A stretch of 64,000 bases of DNA from Lama guanicoe (GCA_013239625.1 MU053557.1:441063-505062), one strand, 5' to 3'. Counted from the stretch's first letter, positions 26,050 to 40,189 are shown. The notes: generated from the sequence alone by a model not told the origin. Numbers and translations: made by a program.

Positions 26050-26450
26050 CTTAGCAGTTCTTAAAAGCCCCAATCCTATAGCCCTAGACTTGGAATCCAA
26101 ATCTACCATTACTGGCTGTTCAAATTACTTCATCTTGTTGTGTCTCAAATAACTTGTTGTCAAATGGCAATAATAATGCCTAGCAAAGCTATTGTGAGGA
26201 TGAAATATTACATCAAGCTCTTAGCACAGAGACTGGTATATAATGAATATTTAAAGAATATTCTCACATTTGGAAGTAAGCATGACACAGCCTTTGGGGT
26301 CTCCATTCAGAAAAACATGAGTTTGAATCCTAACTTCACCAATTCCTAGCTGTATGATCTTGGACAAAATATTTATGGTTTCTTCATTTATAAAATGTTA
26401 CCATGTTAACCTTAGTGAGAAAAGAAAATTTGTTTAGGAAACACTTTATA
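26050..26450 (+). mobile_element. Two tandem MIR fragments
   Basis: aaatggcaataataatgcctagcaaagctattgtgaggatgaaat and gagtttgaatcctaacttcaccaattcctagctgtatgatcttggacaa. Confidence 0.75.
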
Positions 26451-27454
26451 AAGGACTAGTTGGCTGTATCTGTAGGGCTGCGTGTAGATTGGTAAGAAAG
26501 AGTGGAACCGAGGGAGACCATGATTGTTCTGAGTGAGGAGAAAACAGGTCAGGATGTCTCAGATTGTCTTTCCTCCTAAGATGGAGGCAGCTTGGAGTCC
26601 AAATTGGTGAAAATGAAGACTATTTTAAGAGAAGCTGCTTATAATAATGTCTACATATTCCACTTCCTGCCTTCCCACCTTTGGCTACACACACAAAAGC
26701 CTTGGAGAATTTTTATGTACATGCATGTGTAAATCCAGACATGAAGTCTAGTTCCATGCCTGGGCTGTCTAGCTGGGGACAGCCCTGTGGGAAAATGAGG
26801 TGATACCTGCTCTGAAGGAACTGAGCACAAGTAGGACCTCAGAGCCAAAGCGGACCATGAACACGTGAGCCCTCTGAGGGGTCAAGGACACACTGAGAAC
26901 TGGGCTGGGACGGAAGGGAGGTTGGGGTCTAGATCTAGATTCTAAATCTTCAAGAGCTCAGTGACATCCCCAAAGATCTCTGTATGACATGCAGACACTA
27001 GGCTGTGTCTGATATGTTCAATAACCCTATGTGGCATTATCATTATTCCCACTTCTTTTTAGAAAGAAAACAAAGATTGCGAAATGTGCTAAAGGTCATA
27101 CAACAAACCAAGACAACAAAAAGTCTTGGATTGAATGAAGCTTTATCTTGTTCTAGAGCCATGTTCTTAACTCCTAAACTCTGCTGCTTCACTTCCAGCC
27201 ACGGTCCCTAAAGTCCTAGTCTTAAATTTTCCTCTTTGAAAGATATGATCCGTTTTAGAAGCCAAAGTCATATGAGATCAAAGCTAACTTACCGACACCT
27301 GAAAGTGTAGAGCCAGTTTATCTAGATGATGTTTTTGACATCTTTGAATTTAAATGAAAAGGGTTATTTGCAAAGAAACCCACCCCAGCACCAAATAAAG
27401 TTTAATATCAAAGCTTTTTTCCTGCACAAAGGAGTGAAGACTCTCATCCTCACT

Positions 27455-27645
27455 CAGGGCCAGCATCATGGGTGTGTGACCTGGCTACTGCACAGGGACC
27501 AGCCTTCAGAAGGACCCACTTGGCTAAAACTCTGCTGTCAGCTTTGAAATTCTTAATAATTTAGTCTTTGAATGTGTGTTTTGTAAGTGGAGACTGATGA
27601 GACGATGGAGTGTCATTGTGCGCACAGGAGATAAGTGTAATATGT
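27455..27645 (+). mobile_element. Zaphod/MER91-like hAT-Tip100 5' end
   Basis: cagggccagcatcatgggtgtgtgacc...cacagggacc...ttgaaattcttaataattt. Confidence 0.7.
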
Positions 27646-28879
27646 GTGTCCACCATTCCACCATTCACTTGGCAACTGGGTCGAATTAGGTGTGTAGCTG
27701 GTTCTACCCTCTCCCACAACGCGAAAGGTAGATTTTAATGCATAACTCGCAATAAACATTCTTCTATCCATCGACCCAATTGATTAAAATGGTTTTCCTC
27801 CAGTCAGGAACCAGAGAGCCCTCTTTCACCAGTATTTGACTTGCTGTGTTTCATTGGATATAATTCAAGTCCCTGTAGCCCATGTTCCAGAGGCTCTTTA
27901 AAATATGGACGATGTATCTTTGGCTCTGAGAAAACATCTTAATTTTTAATATTTGGTACGGTTCAACTCAGTAAATATTTATGGTTTTGGATTCCAAGCC
28001 TCTTGGGGGAAAAAAAAAAGAATTAGATTTGAATAACCCTCAGGCCAGTGGATGCACCTACAAAGCTGCTGGCCCTTCAGACCTCAAGGACAGGAATGGC
28101 CCAGACCACAGGAACCCACGGCTAGTAACAATTTGTACCTTGCTGTGGCCACGTGTGGTTCTTTTCTAGCGCTTGTATCAACATTTGCATTTGTCTACAA
28201 GGGACAGTTTTAACGATCTGGATTGGAATGGATGTCTAAGAGCATGGTTTTTAATTCCTACTATCTTCAATTAAAATGATAATCACTTAAAAGGAGAGAA
28301 AGCTGAGCCCCAGAACTGAACACATGTAGATGTTTGGGCTACGGGGAAATCAATCTCCCATCAGAATGCTAATAAATGCAGACCATCCCCGTCCTTAATT
28401 AATTGGTTAACTGAACAGAAAGGCTAGGGTGGAATAGAAGCATGATTACTTAACACGGAGAATCAAGAAGGTTGGGTGAATAACAATTACCTAATTAACG
28501 AATAATAAAGAACATTTGAGTTTTCAATTAATCCTTATTGGCAGCTCAGTAACATCCACCAGAATCTGCTTCATTTCATTGCGAACTGGGCCTTTCAATT
28601 TGAAACAATTTTAACACTTGGTCTGTAATATAAATCTGCTCATTAAAAATGTCCAAGATCAACATGATTCAAGAGCAAGGCCAATTAGACTAATTTGGTC
28701 AAGCAAAGATGTATTTTCCTCCGTGCTTGGATATAAAGGATTCTGTTGCTTGAATTTAGGATGTTACCTGGTAAAAACACTTACTCTGCTCATGAGTTAT
28801 AATGAAAAAGACAGAAGCAGAAGAGAGTTAGGGAGCCTACAGTACTGGTAAAGGCAGGTAAGATGCTTGATAATGAGAC

Positions 28880-29365
28880 TATATATTACTTAGGTTCTTC
28901 AGAGAAACAGGACCAATAGGATGTATATACACATACATACATACAGAGAGAGTACATGAGCATAGGGTTGTGTATGTATGTACAGTGTGTCTATATATAT
29001 ATATATATATGGAGAGAGAGATTGATTTTAAGGAATTGGATGACATAATCATAGGGGCTGGCAAGCCTGAATTCTGCAGACCAGGCAGCAGTTTGGAGAG
29101 CCAGGGAAGACGTGATGTTGCAGCTGGAATATGAAGTCAGTCTGAAGGTAGGATCCTGTCTTCCTTTTTTTTTTTTTTCCCAAGTCTTCAACTGATGTAA
29201 TAAGGCCCACTGACAAAATGGAGAGTAATCTGTTTTACTCAAAATCTACTGATTTAAATGTTGCTCACCTCTGAAAAACAGCTTCACAACAAGATCTGGA
29301 CTAGTGTTTGACCAAAACCTAGCTATCATGGCCTAGACAGGTTCACACATGAAACTAACCTGGCA
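28880..29365 (-). mobile_element. MLT2 (D-like) ERVL solo LTR with internal (TA)n
   Basis: ggttcttcagagaaacaggaccaatagga, aggaattggatgacataatcataggggctggcaag, ttactcaaaatctactgatttaaatgtt, gactagtgtttgaccaaa. Confidence 0.9.
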
Positions 29366-31289
29366 GCAACCTAAGTGTGTAGAGACTGAATTGAGATCCC
29401 CAAGCCCCAGGGCCCTGATGTGATTGTCCTGGGATCAGAGAGGGCGTCAGAAACCCTCAACCATCCTCCCCACTCTAACCCTACCTGCGATCTTAGTATA
29501 TACCAAAGTTTGAAAACCAAAGGTTAGAAGTCTGACAGATCATAAAATTCGTTTTCCTAAAATTGGGAGAGGGACTGGAAAGGCAATTAGAGCCAAAATA
29601 GAGACTTTTAGAGCAAAACTAAATAAACCAAACAAGAAAACAAGAAATGTCCTACCTAAGCCGGATCTAGAATTTAACTCCAAATCCAATGCTTTTTTCA
29701 TCATCTTCCTAGATCCGGCTACAGTTTTAATTCTAACATGCCCAAACCCCCAAAACTAAATGTCTCTGTTCATCACCCTGGGAGAACTAATTACTAGATT
29801 TAGTAAAATTAAACTTTCAAAACGTCATTTGATTAGATTCCATAATATGGTGATTGAAATCTTATGACCTGTGTGTTGATTCTCCAGGAACTTGGGGTGC
29901 ATGTTGCAGAAGCAATTCTGGAAGTCAACACTTTGGCCAATGTTTTCCAGAGTGGGTTCTCTGGAACACCAGTCCTTGAAGAGCTGCATTTGAAAGGGCT
30001 TTTGTGGCCAATTGTGTTTGAAAACGTGACACATTACAGCCTCCAACCCCTGGAGAATCATAATTTATTTTTGTATAATAAAATCTTTAATAAATCCTAC
30101 CGTAGAGAAACCTGTCCAATTGTGTCTAATTTAGCATTTCTCAAGTCCAGCATGCACCATTTTTCTTCCCACTGCAATGTATATTAACATCCCAAGTAGC
30201 ACAATTTAGAGAATGCATTTGAACAATTAAAGACCAAAACCAAAAGTCTTTACAATCAAGAAAAATAACTGCATGGTTTGCACTGCATTTAGAGAACCAA
30301 ATAAAAGTCATGGTTAGATGCTTCTTTAAAGTAGGCCGGGCATATTCCCAATTTGCTAGGCCACTGAGCTAAATTCCTAGGGCTGAGGTCATTGCTGCTC
30401 CCTTCATCCCACCCCTGAAACGGCACGAAATTTGTAGATGACCCTACAAACCAAAAGACAGATTGTTGGCTGCCTTTGCTAAAGCAGAAATAGTTTTTTA
30501 TAGTAAAACTGACACTGAGAAAAAAATCACTGAGGCGATCACACTTGTACCCATAACCAAAACACTTAACTGGGACTGATTTAAATGTGTTGAAGCACTA
30601 AATTTTCCTAGTGGTCAACTAGATCAACCTTTGAGATCATTTGCACTAGAAACTGGGGTAGAAAGGCCAGTTTGGAAGTCACTGTTTTGGGCTATTTCCA
30701 TGAGACAAGGTGAGTTTTGAACTGGGAGTTCAAGAAATTAGGGGCTGGCTGGCACATGGCCATATGCTAGCATTTTGGGTAGACTTTGTGCAAACTGCAA
30801 AAGTGTATTCCCTCTGGGCACACAAATTACAAAAAAGGCATCCCTTCCTCTGGGTTCTCTGCAGCCTTGTCCCAGAGCTAGGGCCTGAGACTGGATTTCC
30901 ACCCTCGCTGGCCCACCTGGCTGGATGCCTTTGAGTGGAGAAGAGTAATATACCAGTGCATGTGGGGGTAGGGGGTGGGAGTGAGTCCAAGCAGAGAAAG
31001 ATGTTCAAGATAGAAAGAATCTCCATTTTTCCCCTTTTTTTCTCTTTTTCTCCAAAAGAGCTCAAGCTGAGATGTTCAAACTTGTTTCAGGCCTCAAGGT
31101 CTTTTATAGAGTGTGAAATACACATGACTAGGAGCAGGTATGGAAAACTTATGACATGTTTGCTTCAGCTTAAGATAATTCTAGACCTTAGTTTTCCCTG
31201 AAAATGAGAAAATATTTCCATTATTTTATTTTAGTAGCAGAACAACGTAGACCAAAAACCACTGTTTCATGAGCAAATAGATTTTAGGA

Positions 31290-32880
31290 CAGTCATTTAT
31301 TCACTCGTTTATCTGGTGTTAAACAAACTGAGCCACTTCAATGAATAGAACGCTATTCTAATTCCAAGAGATACTCTGGAAAACAAGTGAAGTATTTTTC
31401 TTTCCCTTTCTGAGCTTATACTGTAGCAGAGGAGATGAGACAATTAAGTAATGACCATAAATTTGGGAGTAATGGCAGAGGGCATACCTGGAGGTGAGTA
31501 GGGAGAGCTAGCTCTCTCCGCCCCGATTTGACTTCCTACAGTGAACAAGGAGGTGTCCTGAAGGAACAGACCCTAAGAACCAGTAAGAGGCAAAAAAGGC
31601 AGAGAGAAAAGCAATGGAAAGCTTAGAGAATCCCAGAGCAGGGAGAACTTTAAAGTCATATAATTGTTGAATAGGAGGCATAAGTTAAGGATAGATATTT
31701 GGACAGAGCACAGATATCAAAGGGCCTTATAAAGTTACACTATTGGACTGTAGTGTGATGAATTAGCGAGGAGCAAGACTGGAAGGAGGGAGACTTGCAA
31801 TCCAGAAGAACCGTGACGGTGATAATAAGGACAGAGAAAAGTTGTTCGATTGCTCTGCTATTTACAGGTAGAGACAGCTGGGCCGAATGGACATTTATTA
31901 AGGAGGAAGAAATAGGACAGAAGGAGTCGAGGGAAGAGGTTCCATGGATGATTTCCAGGTTTCTGGATAAGGCAACTTGGCGAGAAATGGTACCTTTCAA
32001 TGAGATACGGGAGCAGCTAGGGAAGAAGAGCTCGTTGGAGAGATAATGAAGTTCAATTTGGTCACCGTGGGTCTGAACAGGCTCTGAGACAGTCTGCTGG
32101 TGGAGACATCTAGGTCTGGAGCCACTGGAATGGATAATGAGGTCACTCAGACAGAGGGGACACAGAGAAAAGAGGTGAAGGGGCCGCAATGGGCTTGAGA
32201 GAAGAAGAGAAGTCTACATAGGCACTAAGAGCCATCAGAGGGAAAAGAGTCAAACCAGGGCTTTAATGGTACAGAACCCAACGAAGGCAGACTTGCAAGA
32301 GGGGATTATGGTTGGAGTCTCAGGTCATAGAGATATGAGCAAGGACTGAAAAATGTCCATCATATTTGGCAACTGGGGGGGTCACTGATGACTTGAGCCA
32401 ATAGTGTGTTCGGTGGACAGTTGGAGTAAAATTCAGAGGTAAGTGAATGGGCACGCGGAACTGGAGAAGTGAGAGGACAACCCAGAAAGAATCTCAGTAA
32501 CAAGAAGAACAGCAGAAAGCTTGGAAGTGTAGCATGGTCGGACCATTTCATGATTGGACAAAGGGGAAAAAAAGTTGGAGAAAATGAATATGTTGGCATT
32601 GAATAGAAAAAAAAAATGGCGGCTAGAGATATAGGAGAATGGAAGCCAGAAGTGATGGGAAAAAGTCTTTGAAGAAACCAGAATGGAACGGACCAAGGAG
32701 TTAGCCTTGAGTAGATGGATAGCATCTCTCCTGATGGAGCAGAGGGGAAAGAACACAGTCTGGGTGCGAGTATGAATTGAGATGTGCCAGTTAGGAAAGC
32801 TAAGGCGGTTCATCCTTGATGGTTGTTATTTCTCCTATCAATAGGCAGTAGGATAATCAGGTAAGAGGGATGGGCTCACT
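31290..32880 (-). mobile_element. Long degenerate L2 LINE
   Basis: Starts with tcatttattcactc. Purine-rich L2 reverse body, including aggactgaaaaatgtccatcatatttggcaactgggggggtcactgatgacttgagc (reverse of the LxKVTxDL region). Confidence 0.85.
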
Positions 32881-34937
32881 TAGAGCCATTCACTGTACTT
32901 ACCCTCTACCCTTTATTCTTCATTACACTGATTCTCATTTGTTGTATTGATTACCACTTGACTGTGTCCTAAAAATTCCTTCCTTACTTTGAACAGTAGA
33001 CATTTCAGCCAAAGTATGTGGCCTTGCTGGTGATTAGAGAAAAGTTTTCTATAGAAAAGAGGTACCTTAGGTGATGTGATGCACTGCTGTGACCAGAGGG
33101 GACTTTTTACCTCATATTATACAGAATAAAGTTTTACAAAAAAAAAAAGATTTTCAAGCATTTCACTAAAAGAACATGAGAAAATTCTACTGCTAAGTGA
33201 CTGAGCTCCCTCCAGCCACCTCCCTACCCCTGTCTTTGTCTCATTCTTTTCAATGCTCCAGCAGTGCCAAGTTTACAATAGTGTCTTTCATTCCTAGCTC
33301 AAAAGGTTTTTCTGTTTTTTTCTCCCTTTTCTCCTCCAAACACACTTATACAGCAAAACTTTTTTTTCAAGATGTCCTAGGAAGTTGACAAAATGCCAAC
33401 CTTTTCTCTAACTATGCAAAAATGTCTTTTAAAACATGGTTTAAGATAGCAGTTTCTTTCTGCTTACCTTTACCTCTTCTTCCTCCAGTTGGGTTTATGG
33501 ATGGTGCCCAGTATTTGGGCCGGAGTGAGAGATTCCATCTCACCCCGAGGGAAAGCTGTTAAGCTTTCTGAAGCTCTACAGGGCAGTTAGAAACATCGGT
33601 GAGGGAGAGGCTGCTAGCTTACCTCTGAACTGTGCTCTTCGGAGCCGTACCTCACTAAGAGCGCGTGTCAGGGCTGTCACAATAATGCAAAACCAGCTTA
33701 GATTAGAGTTCCCAAAACCCTGCTTGACATGACCAGTCAATACAGAGAAATCTACAGGCAGCACAAGTGCAGCTTGCAAGATGAATCTGTCAGTGGAAGG
33801 AGCTGATTATACATCAGGTCCTATGTGCTCTGTTCAGCGTGCTCTTCCTTCTTACCTGTCAGTGGAAAGGACTTTGGAGATGAGCTATGGTGGTGGTATG
33901 GGAAAATCTGAGTCAAATGTGAATAATTTAAAAAAATTGTTTTCACTTTGTCTCCTTTCTTTTTTGGCCACAAAATCTTGTGTAAAACACCCATACTAAC
34001 CAGATAAACTTCTCGGAAGTAGAATTTATAGTTGCTGACTTTACTTTTTCACTTCTCATTCATCCTTTGATTTGGATTTTTTTAAATGATAAAAATAATA
34101 CAAGGTCAAATAATAAACGAGTTTTTTTTTTAAGTTAATAATCTCTGATGGCTTTCTCTCCAATACTCCCCTCCCCACCCCAAGGGAACCGGTCATAATA
34201 CTTTGGGGTGTTTCTTTCTCTTTCTCTATTCTCTCATCTAATCGCTCTTCTTGGTCACCAAAATCAAACATCCATTTCTTTTCAGTCCTTGTATTATTTG
34301 ACCTCAAAAGAACATTGGACTCTGTGGATTAATCTTTCCTTCACAAGATCTTCTCTTTTCTTGCTTTTTCCTACACCTTTTTCACTTCTTTCCTGCCTTT
34401 TTGATCATTCCTGCCCAGTGTTTGTTGCTAGCTCTCATACCTCTGCCTGCTTGTCAACGTTAGTGCTCCGTCCACTGCAGGCAGACCATACCTCCAGAAA
34501 CTCCGCCCATAGAATTAAAGAAACTTTGGACGAAAGTCAGAGTTCGTCCAGTGTTTTCATTTTATTGATAAGGAACCCGAGGCAGAGAGAGTGAAGAAGT
34601 AACATATCTGAGGTCATTTCAGAGCCTGAACCTCAAACAATAGCTTCCTGACTTAAAATCCAGATCTGGATACAGGGCAGCGATCTACCGATTTCCTGGT
34701 ATATTTCTTTCATTTAGTCTTCTCCCCTCTACCCCCTTTTTGGCTTGGGAAGAGCAGAATTACAAGGTAAATCTAATCTTCAACGATGGCTTTTTAATAT
34801 GGCAGTAATAACACACTACATAGGAATTCATCTGGGGACGCCGACAGGAAAAACTAAAGAGAACAGTGTGATTTGTTTCATTTATCCTGAGAGGAAAAGG
34901 GGGTAAACAGGCTCCCCTGAAGATTGGGATAAATTAT

Positions 34938-35670
34938 TTTATTTTATTTTTCATTTTTAAATTTATTTAACTTTTAATGGAAGTACAGTCAGTTACAATG
35001 TGCCAATTTCCAGTGTACAGCACAATGTTCCAGTCATGCATATACATACATATATTCATTTTCATATTCTTTATCATTAAAGGTCATTACAAGATGTTGA
35101 ATATAGTTCCCTGTGTTATACAGAAGAAACTTGGGTTTTTGAAATCGATTTATATATAAATAGTAGCTAACATTTGTAAATCTCAAACTCCCAAATGTAT
35201 CCCTTCCCACCGCCTTTCCCCTGGTGACCATATGATTGTTTACAATGTTTGTAAGTCTGTTTCTGCTTTGTGGATGAGTTCATCAGTGTCCTCTTTGTTT
35301 CCTTTTTTTTAGATTCCACATATGAGTGATATCATATGGTATTTTTCTTTCTCCTTCTGGCAGCCCTTATGGAAAACACTATGAAGATTCCTCAAAAAAC
35401 TAAAAATAGACTCATGATCCAGCAATCCCACTCCTGGGCATGTATCCAGAGGAAACCTTAATTCAAAAAGACACCTGCCCCGCAATGGTCATTAGCAGCA
35501 CTATATACAACAGCCAAGACATGAAAACAACCTATGTGTCCATCGACAGATGACTGGATAAAGAAGCTGTGATATATTTATACAATGGAATACTACTCAG
35601 CCATAAAAAAGAATAAAATAATGCCATTTGCAGCAACATGGATGGACCTGGAGATCATCATTCTAAGTGA
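34938..35670 (-). mobile_element. LINE-1 insertion with 5' inversion (twin priming)
   Basis: Poly(T) and L1 3' UTR on the minus strand (34938-35361) joined to plus-strand L1 ORF2 sequence (35362-35670). TSD agattgggataaattat (34921-34937) / agatcgggataaattat (35671-35687). Confidence 0.95.
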
Positions 35671-36099
35671 AGATCGGGATAAATTATAATCGGCACAGAG
35701 AGAGAGCTGAAGTTACCCGGGATGAGGCTCCTCTCAGAAGCACTTAGGAAGCTAAAGGCCCTGGGAGCAGCCGGAAGTCAAACTGACAGAGTGGCTCAAT
35801 TACAGCTTCTCAGGGAAAAGCCACTGAGTCAGAACCACAGATATGGGGGCACCCTTTATGTGCCTGGACTTATGCTAATCTCTTTGTACATGTAACTATA
35901 TTTTCCAAACTCCAAACCAGGGCATATCAAGTGATCACAGAAAAGACCGCTTGAGATTTGGGGGTTTCATAACTGCTCTGACATGGAGCATTACAGGAAT
36001 ACAAGTCATGGTCTCCAACATCCAATTATCAGAATCCATTTATCGTTACAAGGTACTGTGTGTAGCACATTAGTGAGAAATTGTAAAACTGGCTCTGAT

Positions 36100-36480
36100 A
36101 GCCTTAGTGATCCTCTCAGAAAGCAGCTGAACTAGGAGAGACTGGGGGAAGGAGAGAGAATTTCTTTGAGTTTGTGTCAGCCTCAGACAGCTACCCTAGC
36201 CAAGGTCACATCCGCTCCTGGGGCCCTCATCTGTGGCTGACTCAGGTTGGGGTACGAAGGACGGGCCATCTTTGGACAACTCTGAGGGCTGACAGAGCTC
36301 AGAGCTCCTGGAAGGCAGGGCTGAGGCTGCCACTGGGCCCCAGAGCTGGTCCACTCCCCGCCGTGCACCTGCCTTCATCTCTTCCCTCCCACAGGGATTG
36401 ATCCCAAAGGCACTTCTTAGGAATCCACCTACACATTAAATTCTGTCTCAGAGTCAACTTCCAGGAAATCTAGCCTGGAC
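36100..36480 (+). mobile_element. LTR16-like ERVL solo LTR
   Basis: agccaaggtcaca, ggacaactctgagggc, cacagggattgatcccaaaggcac, tctgtctcagagtcaacttccaggaaatctagcctggaca. The 5' boundary is approximate. Confidence 0.8.
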
Positions 36481-37199
36481 AGGAGTGGGTGTGTGCTTTC
36501 CTCTCACCTTCAGCCAAGCCAGCGGGTACCCGAGAGAACCAGTGGAGAACGCGATACACATCTCCCGGACTTGGGAAACATAATGGACTCAGGACCCTCA
36601 TGCCAGAGAAAGCGAGGAACCAGAGGCAGCCATGCTGAGAGGGAGGAAAAGGGAAAGAAAGGGAGAGAGACTGCGCTGCACTGGAAATGCGTGCCTTATG
36701 CTGGGGATACACTGAGTACACGAGGAAGCAGACATCAGATGGTGTAGAGAACGGTGAGGCCCTGCAGGCAATAGGCCAGGGGTGGAGGACACGACTCAAG
36801 TCCACGCCAACTCCACGCAGTTGACAGTGAACTCTTGAATATGGTGGTTGAAAGAAGAGTTCTGGTCTGTCTCTGACTCTGGGAAGAAAGATGTTTAAAC
36901 TAATTAGCAACATCTCTCCTGGCTGCAGAAAGAGGGGGCCTGAAGCATATATTCACCATCTCTGGAGTAGACTCACAAAGAAGAGAAGCTGTATAAATGA
37001 CGAATCATTTGACATGGAAAGTAAGTACAATGTGACTTGCCGTCTGCCACTCTAGAGCCAGGAGTTAATTTTCAGAAGGACAGACCTGATCAAATGACCG
37101 CTCTGGTGGGAAGCCTTTCACGACTCCACACTTCAGAATGACTCAGAGGCCTTGAGTGTTTGACTCCCATCAAGTCTGCCACCTGCTCCCTCTCCCAGG

Positions 37200-37555
37200 C
37201 CCCCTCCAGCTCATTAGACTTCCCTTTTCACACTTCTTTTGCAGCTCAATGACTTTGCCCTTCTGCCTGGAATTCCCGGCCCTCGCCTTTCCTACTTGTT
37301 CCTCAATCCCCAGGCTCAGGTATCTTCTCGGAAGCCTTCCTGAGGCACAGCTCCTGGTCCAAAGTTGGTCCCGTTCCCCTTTTTGGCTATTACTCCATCC
37401 TGATTCACAGAGCGTTGTCGCCCTGTGTTGTAAGACTTGCTCTTCATTTAGGCTGCAAGCCCCTTGAAGGCAGATACTCTTATTCATCTTTGTCTCCTCG
37501 GCTCTCAATACTGTGGCTGGCATACAACAAGCACCTGGTATTTTTGAATAAACGA
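37200..37555 (+). mobile_element. L2 3' fragment
   Basis: ccttctgcctggaattccc, ggaagccttcctga, ggctgcaagccccttgaaggcag, tggctggcata...tttttgaataaa. Confidence 0.75.
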
Positions 37556-38022
37556 AAGATGCCTAGAGCCATTAAGGGAGCCTTCACTGAGTGGGTCAGG
37601 ATTAAATATGATGCTGAAACTCTTGGGCCAGGTGGCTCAGAGAGGAACGTCCATTGTTTCCCATGAAAACCCGGAATCCAAATACCCAGAGGATGCTGGG
37701 GAGATGTCACTACAACTCAGCTTTAGCATAACCGAGAACTCGTAGAGCACAGACGCTAAGCCCCTGCACTTGGAATTCTTGCTATTTGAAGAAGGAAGGC
37801 GCACGTGAGAGACGGATTAATGTTCAGGCAAACTGTATTTGCACAGCTGCAGGGTCTTTCTCAAACAAGATGTTTCAGCACTCCTCTCTTTGTGCAGGAA
37901 ATTTGATGACCAGGTAGGAATATTAGATCACTAGACAGAGCCTGGAGAACTGTGGGAAGCACCACGTCCATTAAAGAACATCATTTATTAAAGTTCCTTG
38001 AAAGATTTCCCTGTCCTTTATG

Positions 38023-38023
<1 letters not shown>

Positions 38024-38060
<37 letters not shown>

Positions 38061-38069
38061 ATGTGTGTG
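38024..38069. repeat. (GT)n microsatellite
   Basis: GT run seen directly. Confidence 0.97.
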
Positions 38070-39319
38070 AAAGTTTCTTTGGGTTATAAATAAAGACCTT
38101 CAGAATCCACCATGAGTCAGAGAAAAATGGCAGCCTGGATGGCCAGGTGTCGGGACAACCCATCAGAAGCCTGACCACACGATGGGTCCCCTGGCAGCTC
38201 GTAAGCTGCCCAGACACTGTCTTGTGGGGTTTGTCCTGGAGTTAGTCCTTCAGTTCAGCTTCTCTTTGCTTTACAGCCACGTTACTGAGTGAAGAACTGC
38301 AATGATGCAATTCAGGAGAAATGAAGTTTGGCCACAACCACCTAGAAGGTTAATTCGACACAGTGCTCATAGAGGAACTGGATTCAGGTGTGTAAGTCAG
38401 CCAGGGCCACGTGTGACCACAGGACAGACATCAGAAGTCTCTCCTCATGCTGACAGGAGCTGCACAATTTATAGAAGGTATCACGTAACCAAGTGAGGTT
38501 TCCGGGGGCAGCTCTACTGGTTAAACCCATTGCTTTGGGCTCTTGGGGCTGTAGACTCCTCCCTTTGTAGATTCACATAGGCAGGGTCCTTGGCCATTTC
38601 AATTACTAAATCTGAACTCCTTGAGGCTTAGGATATTGGGAAAGAAGGTCTTTAGGACTTGATGGCACATTAAATCCATACCATCGAACATGCAAGGAGA
38701 GTGGACGTATGGCAAGAGTTGAGGGGCTCCAGCCTAGGGGCTGAGCCTATTTTAAATAACAATTATAGCGGAAGGGCACGTGGGGGAAAAGGTTATGATG
38801 TGCTATGTATAGTTCCACTTTCTTGGGCTTTCCATGATTCCAGCGCCCTTCTTTGGCACAGGCGAGCTGGTTGCAGGATCCAAATCAACTGTTAACAAAT
38901 AAAGTAAAAAGAGGAAAAGGTTGGGCACATGGAGAAAAGCCGAAAAAATGTCCAAATATTCTGTCTTTTTCAAAAGGACAAAAAGTCAATGTGTCCCAGG
39001 ATCTCTGGGTCTGGCTGAGGAAAAGGAAACATGCTTTGCTTCTGTGTAAACACACCTTCACATCTGTATTCAACGGCAGAGAGAGGGAGGGAGAGAGTGA
39101 GAGAGGGAGGGAGAGATACACATCAAACTCCAGGTCAGGGACACCAGCGCTCCCCATTTGAATAATCCACTGCTTAGCACGCTTCAGTAGGGACACCCCG
39201 GGAGGTGCAAACTGTGGCCGTTTTAAGAACCAAAAGCAATACAATACACTGACAAGTCCAAACCACACACGGCCTCTGCTATTCCAGGTACAGAGGGGGA
39301 AGGGTGGGCACATGGCTGT

Positions 39320-39455
39320 CTAGTCTGAGGCCCTAGATCTGCCTTAAACTGCAAATGTCCTTGGATTTCCAGTTAAATGAGACAATTAATTCCTTTGGCT
39401 GAATGTGGTTTAAGTAGGGTTCTGTCACTTGCCAAAAAAAAGTCTTACCTAATAC
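39320..39455 (+). mobile_element. MLT1 LTR 3' end fragment
   Basis: ccttggatttccagttaaatgagacaattaattcc...gggttctgtcacttgc...cctaataca. Confidence 0.7.
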
Positions 39456-40189
39456 AGAAATGCAGAGCAGAGCTGGAAGTTCTTAGCTTGGAACCCAGAC
39501 AACCTTAGCTAAGTTGAATTGCAGAAAACAAGGATTACCTGGGACCCTGCAGCTGGAGTTGACAAAAGGGAAGGACACATTGTCTACAATCTTACCGAAG
39601 CTTCTTCCGAGCAACCCCCACATGCTGTACAGTGCTGTCTTTCAGGTTTGCAGGCATCTGGGTTCTTTTAAGACAGCACAGACGCTTAGGGGATCCATAA
39701 CCAGCATTTTGACCTAGTTTTCTCCTTTGCCACCCCTGAGTCTCATGCCACTCCCCCGGGTACAGGCCACCGCACCCATCTTTCTACTCGGCTTCTCCTT
39801 ACTCTTTGCCTTTCTGTAGTGTAATACCCAGCACGCTGTCCTAGTTAGATGCCTCCTAACCCATCTATCCTGCCACATAGCCTGCTCCCCCAGACAGCTG
39901 AGACTGTGCTCGCTCGTGTGTAAATTCCTGGAGCCCAATATGGAGCCTGCCACGCTAAAGTTCATGCTGAATTTAATATGAGGCTCAACTCACTCAGACT
40001 CGCTCTCTGACCGTCACTCAGCATCCAGCCTCCACCTCCTTGGGACCCTCAGAGACTTGTCTGCCTCTGACCTCAGTCTGCTGCTGTTTCCTGCTTGCCC
40101 TTATCAAGTGTAAATAAAGACTCTTGTCTATACACACGCTTGCTTATTTATTGAATACTTACCAAATAAGTACTTAGTTATTTTAACCT

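Noticed and set aside
30350..30500. Faint resemblance to LF-SINE-like ancient SINE motifs
   Set aside because: Only two short matches with inconsistent spacing; not supportable without an HMM search.
32613..32623. YY1-like motif aaaatggcggc
   Set aside because: An isolated motif next to an A-run inside an L2, with no supporting context.
31740..32813. ORFs of 83-149 aa on both strands
   Set aside because: They lie within a degenerate L2; purine/pyrimidine strand bias explains the lack of stops.
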